NCBI RefSeq assembly: GCF_963921235.1
Contig: NC_086097.1
Span: 87,670,001 to 87,734,000, forward strand
Reading direction: 5' to 3'
From: Mobula hypostoma
Taxonomy: Eukaryota
DNA length: 64,000 bases
In this document: piece after piece, positions 38,352 through 51,389 of the stretch
Layout: every line of letters starts with the position of its first letter
Numbering within the stretch: the stretch's first letter is position 1
Notes under the pieces: generated by a model
What the model was told of the DNA's origin: nothing
The model's database searches: none
What the model saw: the letters and a program-made list of their open reading frames with translations, nothing else
Position numbers and translations under genes: made by a program

Positions 38352-39472
38352 TGTGATGGTATTGGGTTTGCTGACCGCGAAGTGCTTAGCTCAAAGATCT
38401 TAAGCTCTATCTGATATAAATAGACACGAGTACTCTCACTAAAAGGAGATTATACTGTAAATACACAATCTTAAAAGATTTGTTTCCTTCCCTCTTTATT
38501 CCACACAGTGAGCTTAGCTGCCAGTACCCACTATTTGAGTAGTGGGTCCCTCCTTCCTACCAAGGAGAAAATACTTCCAGCTAACAAAGTAGTTTAGAAC
38601 CCAGTTCTTTTATTTTCATTGATTATATGTTTGAATTCAAACATTCTTAAAACATATTTAAAACTATTTCAAATGTTTCCCAATTACAAAGCATTTCTAA
38701 AACACAAAGCTTTTCCAAAACACAGGTATAATTCCTACAAACTAAAAAGACATGCCAACAATGCAGATGAACAAATAGTCAGTTATAGAAATCAAAGTCA
38801 GAGGAATAGGTTCCAGTTTATCCCGTGTTTCTTTCATGCCTCTTGATGTTCCTTCCCTCATTCCTAATAATCCTCCACTGCTTTCTACATTTTCACAGTT
38901 TCTTTGTCACTTGGGTGACTTCACATGTATTTGATATTTCCTCAGATACCCTTTTTACACAAAAAGTCAAAAGGCCACAGTTCTCAGCTACCCACAATTA
39001 ATACTCTGAAGCTAACTTCACTGAGTACATAAATCTTACAGCTATAAACACATCAGTTATTAGATATGATAACTGATATTATCCATCTGGTCTACAAACT
39101 TCCTGGAACTAAGCAACTTAGTCAGGTTTTCTGTTTTGAAACAATCCAAATTAAGTAACCCATCGTCTTGTACTGTACTTATTGAGCATCAATAAACCAG
39201 GTGCAGTGACTAGCACCTTGCTTTCTACAGACAGAACATCCACTTTATATAGAGCTTGTTGCAAAGCTGTGTTTTCAAACTTCAAGCTGCTTCCCATTTA
39301 TATTTTAAAAACTGAAGACTGGTTTCTGTTTACGACCAGAAGCTAAACAAAGGATATAGCTGGAAGTTTAACGTATACTGTTTGATCTTACAAGTGGTAG
39401 CTGCTGTGTTTAGAAAACCAAGCCTGAAACAAAAAATGCGGCCCCCGGCCCAGGAAGTGAATGTCCATCACA
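38352..39472 (-). mobile_element. Probable solo LTR (~1.12 kb)
   Basis: Perfect terminal inverted repeat TGTGATGG...CCATCACA; interrupts a CR1; minus-strand AATAAA at ~38496; no clear TSD. Confidence 0.55.
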
Positions 39473-39519
39473 AGTGAAGAAAATAATTTGCAAGCATATG
39501 GGGAAAATGGGAGTGACAA

Positions 39520-39578
39520 CATAGAATAGTACAGCACAGTACAGGTCCTTCAGCCCAAATTGTTGTGCCGACCCTCAA
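39520..39578 (-). mobile_element. Extremely 5'-truncated copy (~60 bp) of the young CR1 family
   Basis: catagaatagtacagcacagtacagg..gccgaccctcaa matches the tails at 29311 and 51400; TSD acaa. Confidence 0.85.
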
Positions 39579-39829
39579 ACAAGGTTGCTCTACAAAAGGT
39601 TCTCATACATTTGAAGTGCCAAGTAGTTTCTTTCTGTGCTGTAAGGATGCTCTGATATGACTTTTGTTTTCATCTTGTACCCTGCTTATATTTGTTTCTT
39701 GGAATGTAAGACGGGAGCTGAAACAGATCTTCAGTATTTGTAGATTTTTCTTTTTCCCCTTGTAGCTTGCATGTCACAATTTGCATCCACTGATGTGTAA
39801 CTTGTCACAGAACTTTTGCATGGTGTGTA

Positions 39830-40660
39830 TAATACTGTTGCAGATAGTGCACTTGTCTTACCGGTCCAGTGACCAGTGTTTTCAGTTCTAATCTTTGTTC
39901 CTACACTCTGTGGGCTTTGCACATTCTCATGTGAACACATTAGTTCCCCCTGGGTTCTCCACTTTCTTCCCACTTCCCAAAGATGTGCTAGTTGGATACT
40001 GTGAATTGAATCTAGTGTGCAGGTGGCAGGTATCAGGGGTGTTAAACATAGAACAGTACAGCACAGTACAAGCCCTTCGGCACATGATGTTGTGAACTTT
40101 TAACCTGCTCCAGGATCATCTAACCCATCCATCCCAAGCAGCCCTTCATTTATTTCTTTAACCATGTTCCTAAAAGTCTCTTGTACATTCCAAATGTATC
40201 TACCGTTACCACCACCCCAGCAGTGCTTTTCATGCACTTATACTCTGTTTTTTAAAAAAAAATACCAATCATCGCCCCCTCCCCTCATATTTTCCTCCAA
40301 TTACCCTCAAAATTTGTCCTGTCATATTGGCCATTGCCATCCTGGGAAAAAGGGGCTGCTTTCCATTCCACCTATACCTTTTATCATCTCATACACCTGT
40401 ATCCAGTTGCCTCTGATCCTCCTTCGTTCCAAGAGAGCAGCCCTGGCTCGCTTAAGATTTCTTCAGAAGACATGCTGCTCCAGTCAGCATCCTGGTAAAT
40501 CTTCTCTGCAGTCTTGTAAAGCTTCCACATCCTTCCTTTAATGAGGCGACCAGGGTGTTGGTGATTATGTGAGAGTGAATAAGTTACAGGAAATAACCGA
40601 GAGAATGGGGTTGATGGGTTAGCTGTGAGAGCTGGCACTGGCTTAATGGCTACGAGAGTA
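39830..40660 (+). mobile_element. V-SINE split by a minus-strand CR1 fragment (40044-40552)
   Basis: V-domain at 39910-39980; CR1 tail aacatagaacagtacagcac; TSD gggtgtt at 40037-40043 and 40553-40559. Confidence 0.75.
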
Positions 40661-40779
40661 CCAGAAATCTGCCTGAACGGATTCACAAAATCATGACCTA
40701 AAAATTAATGAAGGAATAAAATTGGCTTCTACAGAATTTTATGGGAAGTAAATAAACATGTCTTTTCCCCCCTCAAAAA

Positions 40780-41450
40780 CTCCCGGGAGGGGGGAGAAGA
40801 TGGCGGTGCAACAACAGTGCACTCAGCCACTTCGGTGGTGATGTCTGTTATCTGTCAAGTAGGGAACCGTGCACAAATCTGATTTGTTGGAGACAGACGT
40901 GAGAGCACGGAGGATCATCTGGAAAACTTCTGAAATGCCCGCTTCGTTGCCGCTGCTACTGTGTGGTAACCGGAATCTCCAGAGCTGAAGGCCCCGAAAT
41001 CCTCGGCTTTGCGTGTTTCAGCGGCCGGGGAGAGGTCGAATGCGCTCAGCAGAGGATGGCGCTCAGGAGGCTGTGTCGGAGAGGCTGGTCGGAAGCTCAG
41101 AGTTTTCAGACGGATGGACTCAGTGTTGGCTGTAGTCGGCTGCTTCCAAGGCATCGGCAAGTTTATGGCAGGGAGTTTCTCCCTTTTGCCGCCTGCTATC
41201 GGGGACTCAGGAGTCGATCGACTCGGGACTTTGAAATTTTTTTTTTACTGTGCCCATGGTCTGTTCTTCATCAAATTATGATATTGCTTTGCACTGCTGT
41301 AACTATATGTTATAATTATGTGATTCTGTCAGTGTTAGTCTTTGGTTTGTCCTGTTTTTTGTGATATCACTCATGAGAAACGTATCATTTCTTAATGCAT
41401 GTATGCATTTCTAAATGACATTAAAAGAGGACTGAGTGTTCTCATAATCT
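40780..41450 (+). mobile_element. ~690 bp non-autonomous retroposon, copy 2 of 3
   Basis: AAGATGGCGG at 40797-40806; tail gaggactgagtgttctc-ataatct; colinear with 2265-2955. Confidence 0.9.
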
Positions 41451-41522
41451 TTAAAAAAAAGTTGTGCTTTTTGACACTCAAACGGAGCACCTTAACGTTA
41501 TCGAAAATCGTAATATGGACTA

Positions 41523-42371
41523 CAGTTGGCCCTCCTTATCCGCGAGGGACTGGTTTCGGGACCCTTTGCGGATACCAAAAAAACACGGATGCTCAAGTTC
41601 CTTATTCAACCTGTCTCAATGCGGTGGACCTTAGGACCCTGTGGTGGACATTAGGACCCGGCGGTGGAGCTCTGAATCCGCAGTGTTTCTGTTCACGAAA
41701 ATAATCACGATCACAATTGAAAATAAAGCGGAAATAATAAAGCGATCAGAAAGAGGTGAAACGCCATCGGTCATTGGAAAAATGTTAGGCTACATTCAGT
41801 CAATGATCGGAACAATTCTAAAGGATAAAGCGAGAAAGGCCCTGCCTCGATGAAAGCTACTATTACTTAGCAACACAGTGGTTTAATTATTGAGTTTTGG
41901 AGTTTTGGGTTTTTGATCCTCCACTATCTAACCGGCACGGATGGAAAGCGTGCTCGGGAGCGGTCTGTCACTGGCCCAGCACTGAAACATACGTTTCTTA
42001 AGCGTTTTATATGTATAGAAAGGTGAAATATATACTATATACTAAGACTAACTGACGCTAATTAATACCGGATGTACCTGTTTCGACTTACTTAGTAAGA
42101 GAACTTATGATTTTTTGCCAATCCCAATCCAGGATGACCTACGCACATCCTTTCGTGTACTTTAGATCATCTCTAGATTACTTATAATACCTAATACAAT
42201 GTAAATGTTATGTAAAATAGTTGTTATACTGCATTGTTTAGGGAATAATGACAAGAAAAAAAGCCTGTGCCTGCTCGAACAACAAGTGCTGGAAGAGCGC
42301 TTCCGGGTTTTCTCGATTCGCGGTTGGTTGAATTTGTGTGTGCAGAACTTGCGGATACAGAGGGCCGACTG
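41523..42371 (+). mobile_element. Tigger/pogo (MER2-like) non-autonomous element
   Basis: TA TSDs; TIRs cagttggccctccttatccgc / gcggatacagagggccgactg; psq-HTH remnant ITITIENKAEIIKRSERGETPSVIGKMLG...TILKDK. Confidence 0.9.
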
Positions 42372-42699
42372 TATATTCTAGGAATGCATCCCCTCTTCCC
42401 CCTCCCCTCATAATGCATACATTGTCTGTAATAATGATGTATTATTAAGTCAGAAATACTTGCATTGTTTGCATAACTTTAGAGTAATTCTTACTTTTCT
42501 GTGACTTTTTTTAAGACTCATCTGAGCAATGTGTGTTACTGCCTGAAGGGTGGAGAAACTCCATGATAATTAGTAGTTCTCAACCCATGGCTTGTCACAT
42601 TGTGAGGTAAATGTACAAGGTCATGGCACATACAATGAATGTTTCAGCCTCTGTCATCAGCAGTACAGATTCATTCTATTTCAAACTTGGCCAGGGCTG

Positions 42700-43720
42700 T
42701 AGTTCTATTTATCTATCTCTGTCATCCCACTTGAGATATCAACACTCTTCCGGAGCTCTACCCCCGCCCCCCAGTTCAGTTTTTACAGACTTCGTTTCTC
42801 CCCCACCTCATCCTCATTTTGTATCAAGTCTTCTTTATGTGCTGTAATGTTTCCTTTGACAACCCTGAATGTTCCATGCTCTGGTATGTTCTTAACTGAG
42901 GGCTCATCAGCTTTGAGATCCATTTGCTCCAACAACACTTAAGATGATCTTTGCACCCTCTGCTCTACCCCCATAACCAACTACATCCCACCTGTGTGAC
43001 TTTTTCTACATTCAGCACAACCTTGTCATTGTCCTTTTTCCCAGCACAAGCCAACTGCTATTTATCATGGATATTCATTCTTCAAAAGGATGGCCTTGAT
43101 AGGCACTCACCCAAGGCCAATGACTAATAGGTTCCTCCCTCCGATACGAACACTCTCACAATGAGCAACTTCTCTTTTGTTTCTACTGAGCTTTACCAAG
43201 TAACAGTCTTGTTGAAGTGTGAATCAAAGGGGACATAACTGCAATTGTCATTCAGTAATATATGTGACCGCTCCTTTTTTTTGCAGTCTTACTAAATTAA
43301 GTTTGCTCAACTCTTTTTCTGCAACTATAATGGGATCCTTTCCAAATTTCAACTCGTGCGCATGGTTCTTTTATTTGACATTTATGCCTCCCAACCTCCA
43401 ACTCCACAACCAGGAAAGTGTTCCTGTGAGCCAACATATTGGGTGCCATAACTGTTCTTCCTGCCATGTCTGCACCCTTCTCCACCCCCCCCCCCATGTG
43501 CCCAGTTCATTCCGTTTCTGATTGAAAACTGCTAATGAACTTGCAGTTGGAGCAAGGTCCAGTCATTCCTTGGATGTCATTCTGCATCAATATTAAAAAT
43601 AGTTTGTCAGCTCAGAGATAAACACAAGTAATGAAGGGTTATTGATCTGAAAAGATGACTTTTTTCTCCCCACAGATGCTGCCTGTATTTCCAGTATTTT
43701 CTGGTTTAATTTCTCAGTTC
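42700..43720 (+). mobile_element. Highly decayed PLE
   Basis: C/T-rich sequence; LTMSNFSF-like RT block at ~43153; terminal-repeat piece ...cccacagatgctgcctg at 43630-43710. Confidence 0.45.
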
Positions 43721-43875
43721 CATTCTCCCAATTTTCTGTCGTCTTCACATCAGCTCTGACATCCCTGCCATGAATCTTAGTATGTCTTCCTCTGCTGACT
43801 GTTAATGCTTAACCGTGCCCATAAACATACTTTCACTCCTTTCTCCTTTACCCTGCTCTCCATTCAACCAAACAT

Positions 43876-44282
43876 TGGCCTGCACAGTGGTGCAGCTCAA
43901 ACTGCTCACAAAACACTGGAGGAACTCAGCAGGTCTGGCAGTATTTATGCAGGGAAATGGACAGTTGACGTTTTGGGTTAAGATCCTGGATATAGTGGGC
44001 CAGATGCAGGCAAATGGCACTAGCTCAGTTACACAACTTGATCAGCATGAGCCCATTGAGCAAAGTAGCTTGTTTCTCTGCTGTATAGTTCTATGACATT
44101 GATATGTGGCTTGTTAGATTAAGTGGACACTGTAAATTGCCCCAAGAGTATAGGTGAGTAGTAGGGGGTATTTGATGACTCTGGGGAGATAAATAGAGAA
44201 TTAGCCCAAATGAATGCTTGAGGCTCAGTTGTACTCAGGAGACTAGGGGTCTGTTTCTGTGCTGCATCTCTTTATGACTGTA
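43876..44282 (+). mobile_element. Nested SINE / PLE terminal repeat / CR1 tail cluster
   Basis: A-box-like head at 43876; PLE piece 43905-43985 (-); CR1 3' UTR 43990-44097; SINE 3' part with taaattgccc at 44100-44282. Confidence 0.6.
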
Positions 44283-44590
44283 GTTCAGTTAAGTCAGCAA
44301 AAATGGAAATTCTTTTCCTCTTTCAGTATTCTTAAGTATTTCAAGTACATTATTTAAATTTCTCCTCCTTCCCCTTCCCAAAGCATCTACCTATGCAACA
44401 ATTGGTTACCGCTGTTCATTCAATTCAGTGGAACAGACATGAAAGTGACTACTTCCTAAGATGCTCGCAGCCCAGCAATGAGTGTCTTGAACTCCTGCAG
44501 TAATATCCAGTGGTGGAAGAGTGTAGCAGGGTAGTTACTCTACACTTTGCTGCCCCTAACCTGAATATAGTGTAGAGGGAACCTCACCAT

Positions 44591-44712
44591 CGAAGGGTCT
44601 CGGCCTGAAACGTCGACTGTACCGCTTCCTAGAGATGCTGCCTGGCCTGCTGTGCTCACCAGCAACTTTGATGTGTGTTGCTTGAACTTCCAGCATCTGC
44701 AGAATTCCTGTT
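44591..44712 (+). mobile_element. Young PLE terminal-repeat fragment with the 3' part of a hammerhead
   Basis: cgaagggtctcggcctGAAACGTCgactg...gatgctgcctggcctgctg...ccagcatctgcag. Confidence 0.85.
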
Positions 44713-46930
44713 TATGTATTTATCCTGTTTTTTTTTAAACCTCCCAACATCTCCGTTTCGTACTTTTTCATTTTCATTGTTTCACAATAGCTTTATTTAT
44801 AACTGTTGTTATTTACTGCATTCAGGATATATTCCAGCCCTGACTGAGCGAGTCTGTTGCTGAAAGGATGTGACTAAACCAGGAGTTTGCAACCTTTTTT
44901 ATCCCATGGACTAATACCATCAAGCAAGGGGTCTGTGGACTCCAGTTTGGGAATCCCTGGATTAAACAGAGCAATTGATTTTATAGGGGACAGTGAGCGT
45001 ATTGTGACTGATGCTACAGGTTTCATTGATCTGTGGGTGTATTTCTTTGCTTGTGATAATCAATGGAAGGTTAGCATTTAACTGAAGGAAGTTGGCAGTG
45101 GGATCTACTATTGTACTATTAATATGGTGGAAAGAGTTCGCTCTGCTGCAGTACATCACTACAAGCTGATTTTACAGCATTGAGGTGGTTATGTGTGGGT
45201 AGGTTTATTTAAACATGGTTGTGTAATCCTCTGCATTTCCTTCTGAAGCAATAGAGAAGATTATGCAAGAGGTACTGAATCATTCTGCAGCCTGCGTATT
45301 TATGGGACTTTAAATTATTCACAAATTTGACTGGAAATGGCAATTAAACTTGCTATTGGAGTACCATCCTTCAGATTCAAAGTAATTCTGCAGTACACCA
45401 TTATCCTCAGCTGTATTCCCATTAATGTCAGCACAATAACAAACTGAACTGTGTTGTTGAATAAAATGAGTTGAGTGATTATTAAACATTAATCCAGTTC
45501 AGATTTGGCAATTCACTTTCTGATTATTAACTCAAAGTTCATTTCTTTCAGTTTACAGTGTCCTTGTTTTGGAAGGCTTTGTATGTCTTTGGAGTTCAGC
45601 TCGTCACCACTTCTGACCCCATTCCCATAAATCATACATATGCTCAAATGAAAAGGAATCATCAGGACTTTGCTGAAACAGACACTTATTCTAAATGAAG
45701 TGTATACTAATTAAATATATTTCAGTTAGTCCATGAGAAGTGTGTGTATGTGTGTGTTTTAATCAATGAATCTGACGTTTTTCTAACTTTGGCAAGCAAC
45801 CCTATTCACACCTACACATGCATTCTTTAGTAATGTTTTCACATGATCCAATGAACGTGTTGGAGGGAGGTGTCCTAATACAGGAGTGGATGCAAGTAAA
45901 CAAGCAAGCTATTTTTGTATCAGGCTGGAAGGAATGTGCCACGGTAAAGTGAAGTTTTATTAAATACATTTTTGAACAGCATGAGAAAATGCATGTATAT
46001 TTTTTAAGGGAAAACACTTAATTTTAATGGGATTTTCCACATAGTCCTGTGAATATTTTAATTTTATAGCTTTTAAAGGAAGATATTTGAAGTCCTCTTA
46101 CAAGTGTAATCAGAAAAGTGGATATGTTAATTTTGTCAAAACATAGCTGATGACTGCTCAAAATGTGAAACATGTAATGCTTGATTTCTTCGAATGAGTA
46201 TTATTGCTTGCTGAATTATATCTGCTCGTGAATTTAGACCATTACTATCCCCTCCACTGTCTCACCTCATGCCAGAGTTAGATGAGCAAGGAGCATTGTG
46301 TGTGGACACAAGACACTGAATGGAATTATTGGCCATCATGCTTGCAACACCCATCCAGACATGCTAGCCTGTACTCAGTTTACAGCTTATTGACCTGATG
46401 TTGATCGGAGACATTAAAAACATGTTAAAAGTCTGGGGCACAGAACACCAATGATAGGTTTGACAGTGGGATTAATATTGCAAAATTCTCAATGTATCTG
46501 TAGAAATTTACCTTAGGAAAAAATGCTCTTGATGTGAGTCTTAGAAATAGATCAAAATTTATTGGAGAAAAATGTCTTACTGACTCCGTGTTTGACATGA
46601 TATCCTACCATTTCAGGAATCAATCCAGTGAACCTTATTTGCATTCCCAGGGAGACACTTGCAAGTCATTTCTGGGTAACAAACTGGTTCCATTTTTACA
46701 TTTGATTTTTGTCCATAAGTCAGAATGTAGACAAAGATCAATTGATGTGTCAACTCTATGGGATTGCAATGAATTGCATCAAAACCACACAAGGCTGATC
46801 AGAAAGATCAGTTACTAAAAGTGGAGAGATAAGGTGGAAACTAGTTGTGCCATTCCTAGGGGAGAATATATGTAAATACACCAGATGTTTGAATTTAATA
46901 TTGTACGTATGCTCATTTGTATTGCTCATA

Positions 46931-48265
46931 CTGCTGCTTCATGCACCCATGCTGAGCTCGTCAATTTCATCAACTTTTCCCTCCAACTTCCACCCTGCCC
47001 TTAAATTCATTTGGTCAATTTCTGACACCTCCCTTCCCTTTCTTGATCTCTCTGTCTCCCATCTCTGAAAACAAACTGTCGACCAACATCTTTTATTAGA
47101 CCTACCGATTCCCTTGACTATCTGGACTATACCTCTTCCTGTGTCTCATAAAAATGCTATTATCTTTTCTCAGTTCCTTTGGCTCTGCTGCAGCTGTTCT
47201 CAGGATGAGGCTTTCCTTTCCAGGACATCAGAGTTGTCCTACTTCTTCAAAGAATGGGGTTTCCCTTCCTCCACTGTTGATGATGCCCTCACCTGCATCT
47301 CCTCCATTTCCTGAACACCAGGGCTCATCCCATCTTCCCACCAGCTTAACAATGATAGAGTCCTCCTTGTCCTTACCTACCACCCCATGAGCCTCCACAT
47401 CCAACATGTCATTCTCCACATGTTCTGCCATCTCCAAAGGGATTCTACCACCAAACACATCTTTACCTTCACCCCCACCACTTTCCACAGGGATCACCCC
47501 CTCTGTGATTCCCTTGTGCATTTGTCCGTCCCGGTACTTATCCCTGCAAGTGGCCAAAGTGCTACAGCTGGCCATTACCTCCTTTCTCTTCTCATTCAGG
47601 GCCCCTAAAAGTCCTTCCAGATGAAGCACTTCACCTATGAATCTTAACGGGGCTTTCTGTTGTATCCGGTGTTCCCGATGTGGCCTTCTCTATATTGGTG
47701 AGACCTCTCGCAAATTGGGGAACCACTTCATTGGGCACTTTCGCTCTATCCAACAAAAGCAGAACTTCCCAGCAGCCAAACATTTTAGTTCCGATTCTGA
47801 TTCCCGTTCTGACATCGGTCGTCCTCTTGTACCACAATGTAGCCACCCTCAGGGTGGAGGAATAACACTTGTATTCCATCTATCTAGCGTCCAACCTGGC
47901 ATGAATATTGATCTCTCCTTCCCATTTAAAAAAAAAATTCCTACCCCTCCCCTCTTCTGTTTCCCCACTTTGGCATTTTACCTCTTCTCACCTGCCTATC
48001 ACCTCCCCCTGGTGCCCCTCCTCCTTCTCTTTCTCCTATGGTCCACTCACCTCTCCGATTAGGTTCCTTCCTCTCCAGTCCTTTTCCTACCCACCTGGCT
48101 TCACCTATCACCTTCTAGCTATCCTCCTTCCCGTCCCACCACCTTTTTATTCTGGCATTTTCCCCCTTTCCAGTCCTGAAGAAGGATGTTGGCCCATAAT
48201 GTCAACTGTTGCTACATTTCCTTGAATGTTGCCTGGCCTGCAGAGTTCCTGTAGCATTTTTGTGT
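46931..48265 (+). mobile_element. Penelope-like element, RT C-terminus + GIY-YIG endonuclease + terminal repeat
   Basis: SNFHPALKFIWSISDTSLPFLDL; KNAIIFSQFL..CSQDEAFLSRTSE; CIRCSRCGLLYIGETSRKLGNHF; degenerate hammerhead at 48171-48208. Confidence 0.9.
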
Positions 48266-48530
48266 AAGCTTGGGTGTCCATAAGTCAAGAGTTCAGAACC
48301 TGGGGGCAGCTTTTATGCCCCGTCTTACATATGGTGACCAGAATGACATATAGTGCTCCAGGTGTGGGCTTATCAATGCCCTGTATGAGTATCATAGGAT
48401 ATCCTTGATCCTGTATTCTAAACTACCTACAATAAGACAACTTACCATTTACTGCCTTGAAATGCTTGCTTCGCCTGTATATTTACTTTTCTGAATAGTG
48501 TGCAAGGTTACTCTGATTCCTACATACAAG

Positions 48531-49771
48531 CAGTGGCCACTTTATTAGATACACTTATACGCCTGCTTGTTAATGCAAATACCTTATCAGCCAATCATGT
48601 GGCAGCAACTCAAAGTATGCAGAGATTGTTCAGACCAAACATCAGAATGGTGAATAAATATGATCTAAGTGATGTTGCCCATGGAATTATTGCTGGTGCC
48701 AGACGGTGTGATTTGAGTATCTCAGAAACTGCTGATTTCTCTGGGATTTTCATGCACAATATTCTCTATAGTTGGAGAAGAGGAGATGGCAGCGTGATGC
48801 AGCTCGCAGCGGCCACTCTGATGGTGATGTCTGTCATTTGTCAAGTAGGGTACTGTGCACAATCCTGATTTGATGGAGACGGATGTGAGAGCACGGAGGA
48901 ACATCTGGTGAAACTTCTGAAATGCCTGCTTCGCTGCTGCTGTTACTGTGTGGTCCAGAGTCTCCGGAGGAGAAGGCCTCGAGTCCTTGGCTTTGCTTGT
49001 TGCTCGGCGGCTGAGGCGGGGTCGAAGCGCTCAGCAGAGGATGGTGCTTGGACAGGCTGCGTCGGAGGGGCTGGTCGGAGGCTCGAAGCTTTTGGACGGA
49101 CTCAGAGTCCGCTGTGGTCGGGTGCTTCTAATGGTGCTGCATCGGCAAGTTTGCGGCGCTTGGAGGTTCATGTCAGGGAGAGTTCCTCCCTTCTGCCGTC
49201 TGCGTGAGATGATGAGTCTGTCGGGAATTTGAGACCTTTTTTTTTACCGTGCCCATGGTCTACTCTTTATCAAATTATGGTATTGCTTTGCACTGTTGTA
49301 ACTATATGTTATAATTATGTGGTTTTGTCAGTTTTAGTCTTGGTTTGTCCTGTGTTTGCTTGTGATATCAATCTGGAGGAACATTGTATCATTTTTTAAT
49401 GCATGTATTTCTAAATGACAATAAACGAGGATTGATTGTCCTCATAATCTAATAATCTAATCTAATAGTTTACAGAGAATGGTGTGAAAAATAAAAAAAA
49501 TACATATATCCAGTGAGCAGTAATTCTATGGGCAAAAAAGCCTCATTAATGAGAGAGGTCAAAAGGGAGTGGCCAGAGTGGGGTTCAAGCTGGCAGGAAT
49601 GCGACAGTAACTCACAACTGTGTGTTACAGCGGTGTGTACAGAAGAGCATCTCTGAATGCACAACATGTCGAACCTTGAAGTGGATGGGCTACAGTAGCA
49701 GAAGACCATGAGCATATAATCTCACCATTTTATTAGGTACAGGACATGCCTAATAAATTGACCATTGAATG
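48531..49771 (+). mobile_element. Internally deleted Tc1 element, split by retroposon copy 3
   Basis: TIRs cagtggccactttattag / ctaataaattgaccattg; paired-like HTH KYDLSDVAHGIIAGARRCDLSISETADFSGIF; resumes at 49465 (VYREWC). Confidence 0.82.
48774..49464 (+). mobile_element. ~690 bp non-autonomous retroposon, copy 3 of 3
   Basis: TSD atagtt at 48768-48773 and 49465-49470; tail gaggattgattgtcctc-ataatctaataatctaatcta. Confidence 0.92.
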
Positions 49772-51389
49772 AATGTCAACATTTCCCAATCTCACATCAA
49801 TTTAAATAACACATTGCTACTTTTACTACTTGAGTGGACAACCTCACATTTACCAGGGTTAAACTGCATTTGCTACATATTTGACCTTGCTAAATTTGCC
49901 TTGAAGCCTCTCTGCATCCTCCTCACAACTTGCTTCTCACAATTTGACTGTGTTTTGTGTTGTCAGCAAATTTTAAAATATTATTCTGGTTCCTTCATCT
50001 AAGTCATTGATGTATATTCTGAATAGTTTGTACTTCAGCCTGATCCCTGAGGCACACACTTGTCACCTCCTACCTCGCTGATAAAGATTTATCTGTTCCT
50101 ACTCTCTGATTCCTATCAACCAATTTTTAACACATGCTGGAATATCAACACCAGTCCCACATGCTTTAACTTTGTACATTAGCCTCTTGTGGACTTTAAT
50201 CAAATGGATTTATGAAGACCCAAGCACACCTCATCTATTGGTTCTCCCTTATCTATTCAACCAGTTACACCCTTAAAAAAAACTGTCAATTTTTAAAATA
50301 CTTGCCTTTTCAAAAAAACCACCTAGAATTTGCCCAATTCCATTCATGTTGTCTAAGGTCCCAACTTTTATGAAAAGCTCTCTAGCATTTCCCCCCACAG
50401 TTTGTGGATTGACCAGTTTGCCATTTTTTCTTCTTCCTTTTTTGAAAAAAGACAAATGACTCTATTCAGTAAAATTCTGGGTAGGTCATTGATTGCCACC
50501 ATTTCAGTATTCCACCACGTTATGCATTTTGCCACAATAACACTGGACAAACACATTTCTTCCAAAGCGTTGCTTCATCAGAATTTTTTTTTTCTTTATG
50601 CAAGACTGCTTGAAGTTCAAAACAAACATAATTTCAGACTACTGTATCATGTAAGAATTTGGAGAAACAAGAAATGAACATTTATTGAATATAGTGTGTA
50701 TAATTGCATAATGGTGCTGATACTTTGCAATAATTCAACTAAGCTAAAAATGTTTTGTTGAGTATTTTCATTTGTACCCTGTGTCTGAAGCTTCTCGCTA
50801 AAGTGTCCAACAATAATCAGCCAGCATGGATGGATTCCAATTGCCCTGATACTGTTTCTCCATGAACGCAATGTCATGGTGAAACCTTTCACCATGCTCA
50901 TCGCTGTCAGTGCCAAGATTTAAAGGGAAGAAGTCTAAATGGGAATGCAGAGAATTAATCTTTGCACTTTATGGTTTTGTATGCTTGAAGAATGTTGTCA
51001 ACCATCTGCGTGTAGTTTGGTGCTCTGAAGTTGCCAAGAAAATTTTCACTGTCATCTTTGATTGCCTTCCATGCGATTTTCACCTGTCCCACGAGAATTT
51101 CTTCAAATTGCCTCTCATTCATGAGCTGTTTGATTTGTGGACCAACAAAAAAGCTTTTTTATATTTTGGCATCAGTTGTTGTGGGAAATATCTGTCTCAA
51201 ATATTGAAATTCTTCCTGGAAATTTAGAGCCATTCTAAAACCTGCCCTGCCAAAGCATGCCAAGACAAAATAGGAAAACTTTTCAGCTTACATTGTGGAC
51301 AACACTTTAATTTACATTTTAATTGAATTATGAATTGGAATAACAAATATAGGTAATTTCAAAAGTCAGTGCGTGATAGGGAAATTTGG

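Larger units (their letters stand above)
37995..39600 (+). mobile_element. Old CR1 3' fragment split by the probable solo LTR and by a short CR1 tail
   Basis: HFRKDVKVQER-like sequence from ~38005; tail resumes at 39473 (aatttgcaagcatatggggaaaa). Confidence 0.6.
48320..50400 (-). mobile_element. Old CR1 fragment hosting the Tc1 derivative (pieces ~48320-48520 and ~49775-50400)
   Basis: ggtgaccagaa...gtgctccaggtgtgg (HLEHY..FWSP reversed); gtcagcaaattt (FAD reversed) at ~49960. Confidence 0.7.

Noticed and set aside
40915..41364. ORFs inside the ~690 bp retroposon copies (also 2266-2706 and 48908-49232)
   Set aside because: Frames and lengths differ among the three copies; no conserved reading frame or domain.
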